The notes: generated from the letters alone by a model not told the origin. A stretch of 64,000 bases of DNA from Pyrinomonadaceae bacterium (GCA_036403375.1 DASWRC010000188.1:23248-87247); one strand, 5' to 3'. Shown: positions 19,454 through 29,790, numbered from the stretch's first letter. Numbers and translations are program-made.

Positions 19454-21781
19454 TTAATTTCCCAGAATCTCGATGCGGATTTCTTCCGACGATTGATTGT
19501 GCGCAAAATCTTCCGCCGAAACGGTTAAAACGTACTGTCCGGGGGCGATTCCCGAAGGCACGACCAATTTGCCGACGCTGGCTTTCGCCCCGCTCGACCA
19601 GACGAGCTGAACCGGTTTCGCGCCGTAAAATTTTGCGGTCAGTTTTGCCGTGTCTTTATCTGCCGACGCGCGGATTTCTATTTCTTCGCGACTTTGAAAG
19701 GAGGTTTTCGCCAAATTGATTTTTACTTCCGGCGCATGGCTGTCAACGACGAAAGTTTTTGTTTCTTCAAAACCGGTGCCGTTTTTATCGGTCAGCAGAA
19801 GCCGGCAATTATAAGCGCCGTCAGCCATCCATGCGGGCGCGAGAAAGCGTGTTTCCCAGACGCCTTCGCTTTTCAAAAATTCGAGCGGCAGCGTTTCGCC
19901 AAACGGCAGAACGGCGAAAACCTGCGTGATTGAATCGTCGGTTTTGACGCGAATAACCGGGTCGCCGGGCTGAATCAGGCGCGGTCTGAGCAACGCGCGC
20001 GGCGCGGCGATAAATGCCGTGTAAGGCGAAACGAGCTTGTATTTTTGCGACAGCGCAATGATTTCCGTAATGAAATCTTCACGCTCGCCGTTTAAATCCA
20101 ATTCTTTGACAAGCCAATCAATCCGCGCCCGCGCCCAGAGGCGCGGCAATTGCGCGTGAAAATCGTCCAATTCGGGCAAACTGACCTGTTTCGAGAGATT
20201 TATTTCACGCGCGCCGTAAATTGCCTTGAGATTCACTCTCGCCGCGCCTGGCTCGCGGTATCGACCGACAAACGAAAAGCTCGAACCGTCGAAGCTGTGC
20301 TCGCCGGTCCGGTAAACTTCGTAAAAATTCCCGGCAAAATCTGAAGAGAAATCGAGATTTTCGATTGTCCGGCTGCCGATTTTTGAAAGCAGGATTTCGA
20401 GCAGAGGCGAAATGTCCTCGGTTTCGCGCGCCTGGGCGTAAAAGCCGCCGGTTTTTTTCGCTAATTCGTTAAAAAGCGTCGTGTCCGAATCGCTGCCGAG
20501 CGCGAGACCGTAGATTTTAACGAATGTTTGCGGCTTGTCGAACGCGCTTAAAATCGCGCGTTTATCGAGGGTTTCGCGCGTCGGGTTGGCATCGGAAATA
20601 AAGACGACCGACTTTTCGCCCAACGAAAATTGCCCGGCGATTTCGACTGATTTTTCGAGCGCTTTTTTCAGATTCGTGCCGCCGTCAAGATTTGAATTTT
20701 TCAAAAAATCGAGCGCGTTTTCGATGTTCCCGGGCGTCGCGCCGACCGGATTCGGCGAAAAAATGTGCGGCTCGTTGCCGAATAAAACGAGATTGAATTC
20801 GTCTGCCCGATTCAAGCTGCGCAAAAGAAATTCGGCGGATTCGACCGCCCGCGCGAGCTTTTCGCCGTACATCGAAAGCGACGTATCGACCAGCAAAACA
20901 ATGCGGCGCGGCGCGGTTTCTGCCGCCGAATTTTCGTTAAAAACGGCGCGCATTTCAAAATAGCCGTCGGCGTTTTTTTTCGCCAGTGCCGGGTTGCGAA
21001 GCTCGAAGGCGGAAATCTGCTCGGGCGCGCGGAAGGCGATAAAGGAAAGCAAGCTGCTCGCGGTTTTTACCGAGTAATCGATTGAAAAATCGTTGTTCAA
21101 TACATAATTTTCCGCTCCGAATTCGCCCGCGAATTCGTTCGCGGTTTGTTTGGTAATTTGCAGAGGGAAATTCTGCGCGTCGTAATTCAGCGAGGTGAAA
21201 GGAAATTCGCTGTAAGCGCAGACGTTGAGCGAAAAATTTCTGACCCGCTGCGCTTCGCCGTACGAACTTTTCAGCGGAAAAACAAGGTGCGACGAGAAAT
21301 TTTCGAGCGCTAGATTCTGCGTGTAGGAAATTTCCACGCGTTTCGTGCCGAAGGGCGGAATCGGGAAAACGCGCGCCGAAAAAACGGTTTTGCCGCCCGC
21401 CTCGTCGTCCATCTGCAAAATTCCGGGGTCGACGGCGCGCGCTTTGATTTCGCCGTAAATCTCGTTTGCGCGGCGGCGTTCCATCATCACGCCCGGAATT
21501 CGCGCCGCGCCGTCCCAGACCGCAAAATCCGAGACGGCGGCAGTTTCCGGCAAAGCGAAAACGAATTTTCCCTCTAAGGTCTGCGCGGTATGATTTTCGT
21601 AAATCTGCGTCACATGAACGGTCGCGGTTTGATTGTCGACGCACAGGCTGACGTTCATCGTGTCGATTGAAAGCATCTTTTCGTCCGGCTTATCTTTCGG
21701 CAAAGGAATCAAAACGCCGGTTTGCGCGCCCGCCGCGAAGGCGAGAAAAAGCGATAACAAAAGGCAGAAAAAGATTTTCAT
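19454..21781 (-). CDS. Secreted VIT + von Willebrand factor A domain protein
   Basis: 775 aa with a signal peptide (MKIFFCLLLSLFLAFAAGAQT). The N-terminal region is VIT-like. A MIDAS-type motif is present: IVLLVDTSLSMYG. The C-terminal region is Ig-like. Confidence 0.75.
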   Translation of the reverse strand: MKIFFCLLLSLFLAFAAGAQTGVLIPLPKDKPDEKMLSIDTMNVSLCVDNQTATVHVTQIYENHTAQTLEGKFVFALPETAAVSDFAVWDGAARIPGVMMERRRANEIYGEIKARAVDPGILQMDDEAGGKTVFSARVFPIPPFGTKRVEISYTQNLALENFSSHLVFPLKSSYGEAQRVRNFSLNVCAYSEFPFTSLNYDAQNFPLQITKQTANEFAGEFGAENYVLNNDFSIDYSVKTASSLLSFIAFRAPEQISAFELRNPALAKKNADGYFEMRAVFNENSAAETAPRRIVLLVDTSLSMYGEKLARAVESAEFLLRSLNRADEFNLVLFGNEPHIFSPNPVGATPGNIENALDFLKNSNLDGGTNLKKALEKSVEIAGQFSLGEKSVVFISDANPTRETLDKRAILSAFDKPQTFVKIYGLALGSDSDTTLFNELAKKTGGFYAQARETEDISPLLEILLSKIGSRTIENLDFSSDFAGNFYEVYRTGEHSFDGSSFSFVGRYREPGAARVNLKAIYGAREINLSKQVSLPELDDFHAQLPRLWARARIDWLVKELDLNGEREDFITEIIALSQKYKLVSPYTAFIAAPRALLRPRLIQPGDPVIRVKTDDSITQVFAVLPFGETLPLEFLKSEGVWETRFLAPAWMADGAYNCRLLLTDKNGTGFEETKTFVVDSHAPEVKINLAKTSFQSREEIEIRASADKDTAKLTAKFYGAKPVQLVWSSGAKASVGKLVVPSGIAPGQYVLTVSAEDFAHNQSSEEIRIEILGN

Positions 21782-21783
21782 TG

Positions 21784-23799
21784 TTAATTTTCAGTCCAGA
21801 AATTTTTGTTGATTCGCGCAATTCCGTTCGTCGTTCCGAAATAAACATTCGCGCGCGCGGCGGTAATCGAAAGCACCATTTCGGACGGCACAACGTCGCT
21901 CAGCCGCGACCATTTTTGCGTCGTTAAATCGAGCACGCGGACGCCTTCGAGCGTTCCGGCGAAAAGCCGTTCGCCGTCCGAGGCGAGCGCGTTCGGGTTA
22001 ACGACAAACTTGCCTGTTTCCGATTCAAAGCTGCGGATTTCGCCCGACGGCAGCAGCTCGAAAATTCCGCCGCCGTAGGTGCCGATAAAGATGCGCTCGC
22101 CCGCCAGACAAAGCGCCGAAATCCAGTTGTTTTTAAGCTCCGAGTTGGAAGTTTTGAAAACGCGCGCGACTTTGCCGGCTTCGATTTGCGCCAAGCCGCT
22201 CATCGTGCCGACGAAAAGTGAGTTTCGCGCGAACAGCGTCGAAAAAACGCTGTTCGCGGGCAAGCCGTTGACGCTCGAAAAAGCGCGGCGCGTGCGCGCC
22301 TCTTTGAGCAATAAACCTTTGGCGGTTGAAACTGCCGTTAACGGATTTTTTTCGTCTTTGAAAGTCGAAACCTGCGTCACTAAACGGCTCGGCAATTCGG
22401 CGTTTTCGGCGAACGGCGACTCTCTGAAATCGGCGTCGAAACGCGCCGCGCCGCCGTTTGTCGCGGCTAACATTTCATTATTTTCTGCCGAGCGGGTTAA
22501 AAAATTGATTTCGCGCACGGTTTCCGATTCGATATGTTTCAGCTTTTTGCCGCTGCCGTTGAAAACGTCGATTCCGCTGCGGAAAGTTCCAATCCAGAGC
22601 CGTTCGTCCGCGTCGACGGCTAACGCCGAAATATTGTTGTCGGAAAGCTCGTTTTCGTCCGCAAATTTTGTAAACCCGGCAAGCGAAATTTCCTGTTTGC
22701 CCGCAATTTTACTTTTCCAAACGCCTTGACTGCTCAAAAGCCAGAGTGCGTCGTTCGATTTGTAAAGCATAGCGGCTTGGAGTTTGGCGGGCGCTCGAAA
22801 GTCTATTTTCTGCAGGCGCGCGGCTTCCTGATTCGCGCGCCCGGCGGCAAATTCAAACAGCTCGCCGTCGTCTTTCGTGAGATAAAGTTTGTCGTTTTCG
22901 ACAGTCAGCGCGGAAAGCGCCGACAGCGCGAATGTTTGGCGAAAGCGCGCTTGATTTTCCTGTAAAAGCTCGTCCAGAGCGGCTTCGGAAACGCCCAAAT
23001 CGGCGGCGACGAAGAGATTTTTATCATAAATATCAGCTCCGACGATGCGGTTTGAAAACAAACCGTCGGCGGTCGTGAAATGTTTCCAGATTTGATTTTG
23101 GCGAATCCAGAGACCGTCCGCGAAAGTTCCGACAATCAAATTGTCAGTCTCGCGGCGCAGAAATGTAACGTGTTCGATTGATGCGTCCGGCGTCTTGATT
23201 TCGGTGATTTTGCCGCCGTCAAATTCCAGCAGCCCGCCCGCCAAAGTTCCGACAAGCAGCGCGTTCGGGTCGGAAAAAAGCGCGGTGATTGATTTGGTTT
23301 CGTGGTTTTCGAGCCGAAAGGCTTCAAACCGTTCGCCGTCGAAACCGATTAAACCTTTCGATTTCGTGCCGATGAAAAGTTTATCGGCGAAGACCGCAAG
23401 CGCTGTCAAATCGCTTTCGGGTAAGCCTTCGAGAACCGTGAAGCGGCGCAAAATCTCGCCGTTGTCCGCTAATTGCAATAATCCGCCGCCGGTTGCGGCA
23501 AACAGTGAGTTTTTGTAATTCGCGACGCTTCGAACGCTGCGCGCGTTTTGGATTATTTGGACGTTTTTGTTCGGATGCGGCGCGAGGGGAACTCTCGAAA
23601 ATGAAATGCCCGTTTGTTTTGATTGTTTAAGGCGTTCATTTTCGAGAGTTTGTTCAGTTCGGCGGTAAATGAGTCCGGCTTCCGATACGAGAAGCGTGAA
23701 AACCGCAAAAAGACTCAATACCGCAGCAAATATCAACACGCGGGCAGGCTTTGGCAGGCGGGCTTTAACAGAGGTTTTGCGGCTGGCGAGAAAGTTCAT
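21784..23799 (-). CDS. Membrane-anchored beta-propeller repeat protein (two-component-regulator propeller type)
   Basis: 671 aa with one N-terminal TM segment. It has repeated G(T)xxGL / LW(I/V)GT blades like the sensor domain of the adjacent kinase. A 2-bp gap separates it from the next gene. Confidence 0.6.
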   Translation of the reverse strand: MNFLASRKTSVKARLPKPARVLIFAAVLSLFAVFTLLVSEAGLIYRRTEQTLENERLKQSKQTGISFSRVPLAPHPNKNVQIIQNARSVRSVANYKNSLFAATGGGLLQLADNGEILRRFTVLEGLPESDLTALAVFADKLFIGTKSKGLIGFDGERFEAFRLENHETKSITALFSDPNALLVGTLAGGLLEFDGGKITEIKTPDASIEHVTFLRRETDNLIVGTFADGLWIRQNQIWKHFTTADGLFSNRIVGADIYDKNLFVAADLGVSEAALDELLQENQARFRQTFALSALSALTVENDKLYLTKDDGELFEFAAGRANQEAARLQKIDFRAPAKLQAAMLYKSNDALWLLSSQGVWKSKIAGKQEISLAGFTKFADENELSDNNISALAVDADERLWIGTFRSGIDVFNGSGKKLKHIESETVREINFLTRSAENNEMLAATNGGAARFDADFRESPFAENAELPSRLVTQVSTFKDEKNPLTAVSTAKGLLLKEARTRRAFSSVNGLPANSVFSTLFARNSLFVGTMSGLAQIEAGKVARVFKTSNSELKNNWISALCLAGERIFIGTYGGGIFELLPSGEIRSFESETGKFVVNPNALASDGERLFAGTLEGVRVLDLTTQKWSRLSDVVPSEMVLSITAARANVYFGTTNGIARINKNFWTEN

Positions 23800-23897
23800 C
23801 GAGCGATTATCGTTTGAAACGCATTGCTCAAAATACGTGCAAACAAACCGTCTGGAGGAGCGCGACTGCGGTCAGGTTTGTGTGTCGATTGCAGAAT

Positions 23898-26816
23898 TTA
23901 GCTGTGGGATTCCACAGTTTTATCGAATTGTTTTCTTAAGCTGAAAATCGTTCCGCCGCTCGCTGTTGCGGCAAACGAGAATTCGGCTTTGATGAGATTG
24001 GCGCGCGCCTTGATGTTTGAAAGCCCGCGTCCTTCGCGCTTGACGGCTTTTTCAAAATCGAAATGCTTGCCGTTGTCTTCGATTTTCAAAACAAGCGCGT
24101 TTTCCGCCGATTTTTCGAGCGTCATTTTAACGTGCATCGCTTCGGAATGGCGCGAGATATTATTTAAAACTTCCTGCGCGATGCGGTAAATCTGAATCTG
24201 CTCGGCGTGCGAGAGCGGCAGATTTTCTTCCAGGTTTTCGGCAGCGAAGAATTCGTATTCGATATTTTTTTCGCCGCCGCCCGCCGGTAGAGAATTCGTC
24301 AAAGCCCATTCGAGCGCCGCCGCAAAACCGATGTTTTCCAGCACGGACGGACTTAAATCCTCGCAAATCCGGCGGATTTCCTGCGAGACGCTTTCGATTT
24401 CGTCACGGATTATTCTGGAGTTTTCCGCCGCCTTTTCGGATTCCGAAATTTTGTCGGTCAAAAGCTGCAGGTGCCGCAAATCGGCAAGCGTCTGGTCGTG
24501 CAAATCCTGCGAGATGCGCCGCCGTTCGCGTTCGGCTTCGTTGGCTAAATCCATCCTTGCCGCGTTAAGTTCGCGGTTCGCCTGCTTTAATTCCGAGCTT
24601 TTCTGAAAGATTTTGCGCTGCGACAAAATCGCCCAGCTCAAAGCGATTAAAGCCAGAAGAAGCAAAACCGTGAGCGCCAGAGTAATCCATGGAAAAGGCG
24701 TTTTTTCGACCTTTAACTCGAAAACGAGCGGGTCGGAAGCGATTAGATTTTTGTCGAAACCGCGAATTTCGACCGTATAATTGCCGGCGGGAAGATTTTC
24801 CATGAGAAATTGCGCGTCGGAGCCGAACTTTTTACGTAAAACAACGCCTTTGACGCTCTTCAGGATAAAAGAATATTGAAACTGTTCGGGAAATGTGCGG
24901 CTATTGATTGCCGAAACTTCCGCCGTCAGAGTATTTTGCGGATATTCGAGGACGAGCGGCGATTTCAACTCTTCCGGCGCGTGCAGGCGGCGGCTGAGAA
25001 TGCGTGTCGCAACGAGCAGCGGCTTTGTTTTCGGCGTTTTGTAACGGACGACACCGCGCGTCGTGCCGATCAGCAGCGTATCGCCTGTTTGACGAAAAAC
25101 GCTGAAAACCTTCTGCGACGGCAAACCCTGTTCGACATCGAGCCGCGACGAAATCCAGCCGAAATTCGCGTCTTCCGCGAAACGCACGAGACCGTTTTTC
25201 TCGGTCGCGCACCAGACGCCGTTGCCGTCCGCCGAAAGCGCGACGGCGCGCACGTCCAAATCGGTATCGACCGCCGTCAGCTCCGCGTTCCGGTAAAGAA
25301 AAAGACCCTTTTCCGTGCCGAACCAGAAGCCGTTTTCCGGAGTCCCTTCGATTGCCCAAATCGCTTTGCCTTTGAGATTTTCGAGCGCCGGCTCGGAAGC
25401 AAATTTGTTCCCGTCATAATAGAAAGCGCCGTTTCCGGCAGTTCCAATCCAGAGCCGCGCGCCGTCGGATTTTAAGGTCGTGACGTTCAAAACTTCCGTC
25501 GGATTATTGGCGAGCGGCGCAAAAGCGGCGTTTTCGAGCCGCGCCAAGCCCTGCCCGAAAACGCCTAAGAATATTTGGTTTTGAAAGCTTTGAATGGCGC
25601 GAATGCTGCCCGTCGGTGTTTGTTTTTCGGTGTCGTTCGCCGCGCTGTCCGGCGGTTTCGGGCTGGTTTTTACGGCTTCGTTCGCGACCGGCGGATAGAA
25701 AAACAAACCGCGCGACGTTCCCAACAGCAGATTGCCCCGAAAATTTTCGGCGATTGAATAAATGCGGCGTTTTTCAAAGCCTTCGACGGCTTTCCAATTG
25801 CCGACGGCTTCGCTGACGAACAAGCCTTCCTGCGTTCCGGCGTAGATTTTTCCGTCTTTCGACTGGTAAATCGTCCGAATAAAATTGCTGTTCGTGCCGA
25901 CGGCAAACTGCTCGCTCATGGGCGAGTTCGGGTCGAAACGCGAGATGCCTTTGATAGTGCCGAACCAGATGACGTTTTCGCGGTCGACGAAAATCGACAG
26001 AATCTCGTTCGAGCGCAGTCCGCCAGCCGTGTTTTCGAGCGTGTAATGCGAAATCTGCTGGGCGCCGCGATAAAAATAAACGCCGTTTCCTTTTGTGCCG
26101 ACCCAAAAGTTTCCGTCCGTATCATAAGCGGTCGAACTGATAGCGCCGACTTTTTCGCGGATTTGGTTCGGCGGAATATTCGGTTCTTCTACTTTCAATA
26201 CTTTTTCGGCGCTGTAATAAGCAGACCAATTGCCTTCGGAGTTTTGTCTGATTTCCATAATAAACTCACCGGATTTCGAATCGGGCTGGGCGAAAAGAAA
26301 AATTTTGTTTTCTGCCGGAACGGCGGAAACAATTGAATTGATAGCAAAATCGGCGGTTTGCGAAATCGGCAGAAACGAATTGTTAAAGAATCGAAACGCG
26401 CCTTTTTCCGTGCCGATCCAGAGCCCGCCAATTTGGTCTGTTTTGAGCGCTAAAATCCTTTTATTCGAAAAGTTTTCGGGCGAAACGCTCTGCACGCGGC
26501 GACCGTCGAATTTCGCCAAGCCGGAATCGGTCGCAAACCACATAATTCCGTCCGGCGTCTGCTCGATGGCGTTGACGCGTTCGGACGGCAGCCCGTGAAA
26601 CTGGCTGATGGTGCTCCATTGATGCAGGTTGCGGGTTTTGTCCGACAAGAGCAGCGCGAGCATCGTTTCCGCATCCTGCGCTTCAGGGGGCGCGAGCGTT
26701 TCGGAGTTCGGACGCGATTGCGCGAAAAGCAGTGAAAGCGACGATAAAAAGAGGCAAAAAAGAAAAACACCAATCAAAAAATAGAGCTTTATTTTTGATT
26801 TTTCCAACATTTGCAT
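23898..26816 (-). CDS. Sensor histidine kinase with extracytoplasmic beta-propeller/Y_Y_Y sensor, HisKA_3 and HATPase domains
   Basis: 972 aa. Propeller repeats are followed by a Y_Y_Y-like segment (AGNYTVEIRG), then a TM segment (WITLALTVLLLLALIALSWAIL). The H-box is RRRISQDLHDQTLADL, followed by an ATPase domain. Confidence 0.8.
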   Translation of the reverse strand: MQMLEKSKIKLYFLIGVFLFCLFLSSLSLLFAQSRPNSETLAPPEAQDAETMLALLLSDKTRNLHQWSTISQFHGLPSERVNAIEQTPDGIMWFATDSGLAKFDGRRVQSVSPENFSNKRILALKTDQIGGLWIGTEKGAFRFFNNSFLPISQTADFAINSIVSAVPAENKIFLFAQPDSKSGEFIMEIRQNSEGNWSAYYSAEKVLKVEEPNIPPNQIREKVGAISSTAYDTDGNFWVGTKGNGVYFYRGAQQISHYTLENTAGGLRSNEILSIFVDRENVIWFGTIKGISRFDPNSPMSEQFAVGTNSNFIRTIYQSKDGKIYAGTQEGLFVSEAVGNWKAVEGFEKRRIYSIAENFRGNLLLGTSRGLFFYPPVANEAVKTSPKPPDSAANDTEKQTPTGSIRAIQSFQNQIFLGVFGQGLARLENAAFAPLANNPTEVLNVTTLKSDGARLWIGTAGNGAFYYDGNKFASEPALENLKGKAIWAIEGTPENGFWFGTEKGLFLYRNAELTAVDTDLDVRAVALSADGNGVWCATEKNGLVRFAEDANFGWISSRLDVEQGLPSQKVFSVFRQTGDTLLIGTTRGVVRYKTPKTKPLLVATRILSRRLHAPEELKSPLVLEYPQNTLTAEVSAINSRTFPEQFQYSFILKSVKGVVLRKKFGSDAQFLMENLPAGNYTVEIRGFDKNLIASDPLVFELKVEKTPFPWITLALTVLLLLALIALSWAILSQRKIFQKSSELKQANRELNAARMDLANEAERERRRISQDLHDQTLADLRHLQLLTDKISESEKAAENSRIIRDEIESVSQEIRRICEDLSPSVLENIGFAAALEWALTNSLPAGGGEKNIEYEFFAAENLEENLPLSHAEQIQIYRIAQEVLNNISRHSEAMHVKMTLEKSAENALVLKIEDNGKHFDFEKAVKREGRGLSNIKARANLIKAEFSFAATASGGTIFSLRKQFDKTVESHS

Positions 26817-26906
26817 TTTTGTTTATCTGAAATAAAACCTTCCGAAATAGCTGCTCGCTGAAAACTATCGGCTGATAATTTCGGTTACCGATGGTGAAAG
26901 GATAGA

Positions 26907-27662
26907 TTACTTCTGCTGTTCTTCGCGGAAGCGACTGCGGTCGCGTTCAATCCACGATTTTAACTCTTTTTCTGCCGCTTCGAGTTCTTCGCTGTTGATT
27001 AGCCCGCGCCGCAAAGCCTCGAAAAACGCGCGCGTGCGGACGTTAAACGCCAGCTTGTCGTAATTTTCCTGCGTCGTGCCTTCGGACAGGCTGACGAATA
27101 GTTTTTCGTACAAATTCGCCAGCCGGCTTTCGACGCCGCGCATCGAGAGCGAGCATTTGCGGGCAATCGCCCAGTTTGAAAGCCCGAGGGCGAGAAAACG
27201 TAAGGCTTCGGATTCGAATTCGGTCAGCAGCGGGCGCTTGAACGCGTCCTTAAACGACGGGTCAATCATGTCCGCGCCGTCTTCGAGAACGGTTGCGACA
27301 AACCGCAAAAAGCGCGATTCGGGATTGTTTTTATGGATAAACCCGTAGGCGGGCTGCGGTTTCAGATTGCGGATAATCTTGCGGATTTCGTTGATGTAAA
27401 CTTCGTGCGGGAACTGCGTCCAGAAAATAATTCTCGCTTCCGGGTATTCGCGCCAGATGGTTTTCGCCGCCTTGACGCCCGAAATTTCGGGCATTTGAAT
27501 GTCCAGAATGCACAGCGACGGGCGACGTTCGAGCGCTGATTTAACGGCTGCCTCACCGTTTTCGGCTTCGATAACGGGCGCGTGAGCAGGGAATTCGCGC
27601 AGCAGAATTTCGCTCAAATAACGGCGCTGCACGGCGTTGTCTTCGGCAATCAGGATTGACAT
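26907..27662 (-). CDS. Response regulator, REC + LuxR/NarL-type HTH
   Basis: Track ORF starts at a TTG (27704). The ATG at complement 27660-27662 gives MSILIAEDNAVQRRY. The receiver Asp sits in LCILDIQMP. The HTH is LTEFESEALRFLALGLSNWAIARKCSLSMRGVESRLANLYEKL. Confidence 0.85.
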   Translation of the reverse strand: MSILIAEDNAVQRRYLSEILLREFPAHAPVIEAENGEAAVKSALERRPSLCILDIQMPEISGVKAAKTIWREYPEARIIFWTQFPHEVYINEIRKIIRNLKPQPAYGFIHKNNPESRFLRFVATVLEDGADMIDPSFKDAFKRPLLTEFESEALRFLALGLSNWAIARKCSLSMRGVESRLANLYEKLFVSLSEGTTQENYDKLAFNVRTRAFFEALRRGLINSEELEAAEKELKSWIERDRSRFREEQQK

Positions 27663-27708
27663 AAACTTGTGTGTAATTAAAGCAGAGCGCCTCGGAATTT
27701 GCAAAAAG

Positions 27709-28413
27709 TTAGTCTTGCTCGCCCGCGTTTTGAGAGTCGATTTCTATTTCCGAAAACAGCGCCGAGCGATTATGAAGAATTTTGGAAAGCTCGTTTTTTC
27801 TCTGTTCGAGCTGCTTTTTGATTTGTTTGCCCGCCGCCAGGAATTCGGCTTTGACTTTGCCGTTCGCTTCAAGCGTCAGTTTGATTTGCAAGCCCTGCAG
27901 GACGGAATTTTTCAGCGCGATAACGACCTGTTTTTGATTCTGAAAAGTTTCGCCGCGGATGCACGCCACGATTCGTTCCAAATCGGCAACGTGGAGAATC
28001 GAACGCGCCGCCGGTGCGTCCGCGTCCATATCGGCGGCATTTAGAAGATGTAAAACTGCGAGTCCGGGCGATTGATTCTCCTCGCCGTTGTGGCGCGCAT
28101 CGCCGTCGCCTTTTTTGCCGCCGCGTTCTTCGAGTTCTTTTTTCTCGTCAACGGCGCGGCTGGTTTTTTCGTCGCGCTCCGCTTCGGAAGTTTTTGAATC
28201 GTGTTCGGCGGAACCGTTTTTGGGGAGCGAAGAATTGTTTTTCGCGTTTTCCCGGCGCGTTTCTTCCAGGATTTTGGCAAACGCGCCCGGAGTCGGTACT
28301 TTTTCGGTGATTTTGGGCGAATTTGACGAATTAAAGACGCTCTCTTCGGTCTTAAAAACGTTTTTCGCTTCTTTCCGCTCGACCGAATTATTTTTCGACG
28401 CTTCGACTTTCAT
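27709..28413 (-). CDS. FliK/SctP-like protein (candidate T3S4 substrate-switch / length-control domain)
   Basis: 234 aa. The N-terminal two thirds are charged and disordered. The C-terminus QVVIALKNSVLQGLQIKLTLEANGKVKAEFLAAGKQIKKQLEQRKNELSKIL follows the FliK C-terminal pattern (xLxLxPxxLGxhxIxLxxxxGxVxAxFxAxxxxV+xxLExxxxxLxxxL). This is a pattern match by eye only. Confidence 0.45.
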   Translation of the reverse strand: MKVEASKNNSVERKEAKNVFKTEESVFNSSNSPKITEKVPTPGAFAKILEETRRENAKNNSSLPKNGSAEHDSKTSEAERDEKTSRAVDEKKELEERGGKKGDGDARHNGEENQSPGLAVLHLLNAADMDADAPAARSILHVADLERIVACIRGETFQNQKQVVIALKNSVLQGLQIKLTLEANGKVKAEFLAAGKQIKKQLEQRKNELSKILHNRSALFSEIEIDSQNAGEQD

Positions 28414-28428
28414 AGCGCTTGCCGCCTT

Positions 28429-29790
28429 TTATTTGTTGATTTTGTTTGAAGTCTCTTTTAATTTTTTCTGCGCTTCAGTTTTATTAACGATTTTGCCTTC
28501 GGGGTCGAGCGCGATGGCTTTTTCATAGGCTTCCTTCGCCTTTGTATATTCGCGCTGGCTCTGGTAAACGTCCGCCAGCTCGTAATAGGCAATCGCCGAA
28601 TTCGGGTCGGCGTCAATCGCTTTTTGATATGCGTCAATCGCGCTCACGTCGCGTTTCAATTTCTCGTAACCGTTGCCGATGCTGATAAAAACTTCCGCTT
28701 TCGGCATTTCCTTGGCGACCGCTTCGAGTTCTTTGATAGCTTCCTCGATTTGCTTGGTTTCGAGCATCAGAGTGCCGAGCCAAAACCTTGTTTCGAGCGT
28801 ATTGTAGCCGAATTGAATCGCGTTTTTGTAAGCCGCAATCGCTTCTTTTTCGCGACCGAGGATGCGCTGCGTGTCGCCGAGCTTTTTATAGCCCATCGCC
28901 ATTTTCGGGTCAATTTGCAGCGCTTTCAGGTAAAGCTTTTGCGCGTCGGCATATTTCTGGTTGGCAAAATACGTGTTGCCGAGTCCGTAAAACGGCAGCG
29001 CCGAAGTCGGCATAAATTCCTGCGATTTGTTGAAGGCGGTGAAAGCGTTCATGTATTCGCCTTTGGCAAGCTCGATTTGACCGGACGCGAACCAGCGCTG
29101 CGCTTCGATCTGAACCGCCGTGTAGCCTTGCAGATGTCCGCCCTGCGCGGCTTGGAAAACCACCTGCCAATCGTCCGGAGTGACCGTATCGGTAGTTGCC
29201 GGATTAGCGTAATTTTCTAAGATTTTCTTGACCTGCCCGCTTGCTTCGACCATTTTTTGAACGTCGGATTTTTCTTCCGTCTCGACGGGTTTTTCGATTG
29301 TCGGAGCAGATTTCGGAACGAATTCCTCGAACAGTTTAAAGGTCGTCTGGTCGGCACTGACGCTGATTCTTTTGCTGGACAGCAGCACCTGGCGTTTATT
29401 TTTTGCCATTAAAAGATATTCGCCCGCCGCCAGTTTCTTCGACAGCCGGAGTTTGTCGTCCGTCACGCCGATAGTTTTTTCGTTCAGGAAAACTTCGACC
29501 GCCGGTTGATTGGCGACAAACGTCACGTCGAGATAAGTTTTGGGCGTCGCTTTTTTTACGGCTGCCGCGTTTTTATTGGTCGAGGAATTGTTTTTCGCAA
29601 CGGTGGTTTTCGGCTTTTTCTTGGATTTTTTCTCTTGTGCGGTTTTTTTCTGGTTGCCATAGACGGTGTCGCGCAAATCGTCCTGACCGAAGACCGCGAA
29701 AACATTTGCACCAAAAGCCAAAACGAGCGCAATAACGGATGTTTGAATCAGTTTACGGGTAATTTTCGAAAGCGTATTTGTTCTAAACAT
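28429..29790 (-). CDS. Membrane-anchored PEGA-like + TPR repeat protein
   Basis: Track ORF runs to 29832. The ATG at complement 29788-29790 has GGAGGA upstream and gives MFRTNTLSKITRKLIQTSVIALVLAFGANVFA. A PEGA-like beta segment (VTFVANQPAVEVFLNEKTIGVTD) is followed by about 6 TPR units. Confidence 0.55.
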   Translation of the reverse strand: MFRTNTLSKITRKLIQTSVIALVLAFGANVFAVFGQDDLRDTVYGNQKKTAQEKKSKKKPKTTVAKNNSSTNKNAAAVKKATPKTYLDVTFVANQPAVEVFLNEKTIGVTDDKLRLSKKLAAGEYLLMAKNKRQVLLSSKRISVSADQTTFKLFEEFVPKSAPTIEKPVETEEKSDVQKMVEASGQVKKILENYANPATTDTVTPDDWQVVFQAAQGGHLQGYTAVQIEAQRWFASGQIELAKGEYMNAFTAFNKSQEFMPTSALPFYGLGNTYFANQKYADAQKLYLKALQIDPKMAMGYKKLGDTQRILGREKEAIAAYKNAIQFGYNTLETRFWLGTLMLETKQIEEAIKELEAVAKEMPKAEVFISIGNGYEKLKRDVSAIDAYQKAIDADPNSAIAYYELADVYQSQREYTKAKEAYEKAIALDPEGKIVNKTEAQKKLKETSNKINK

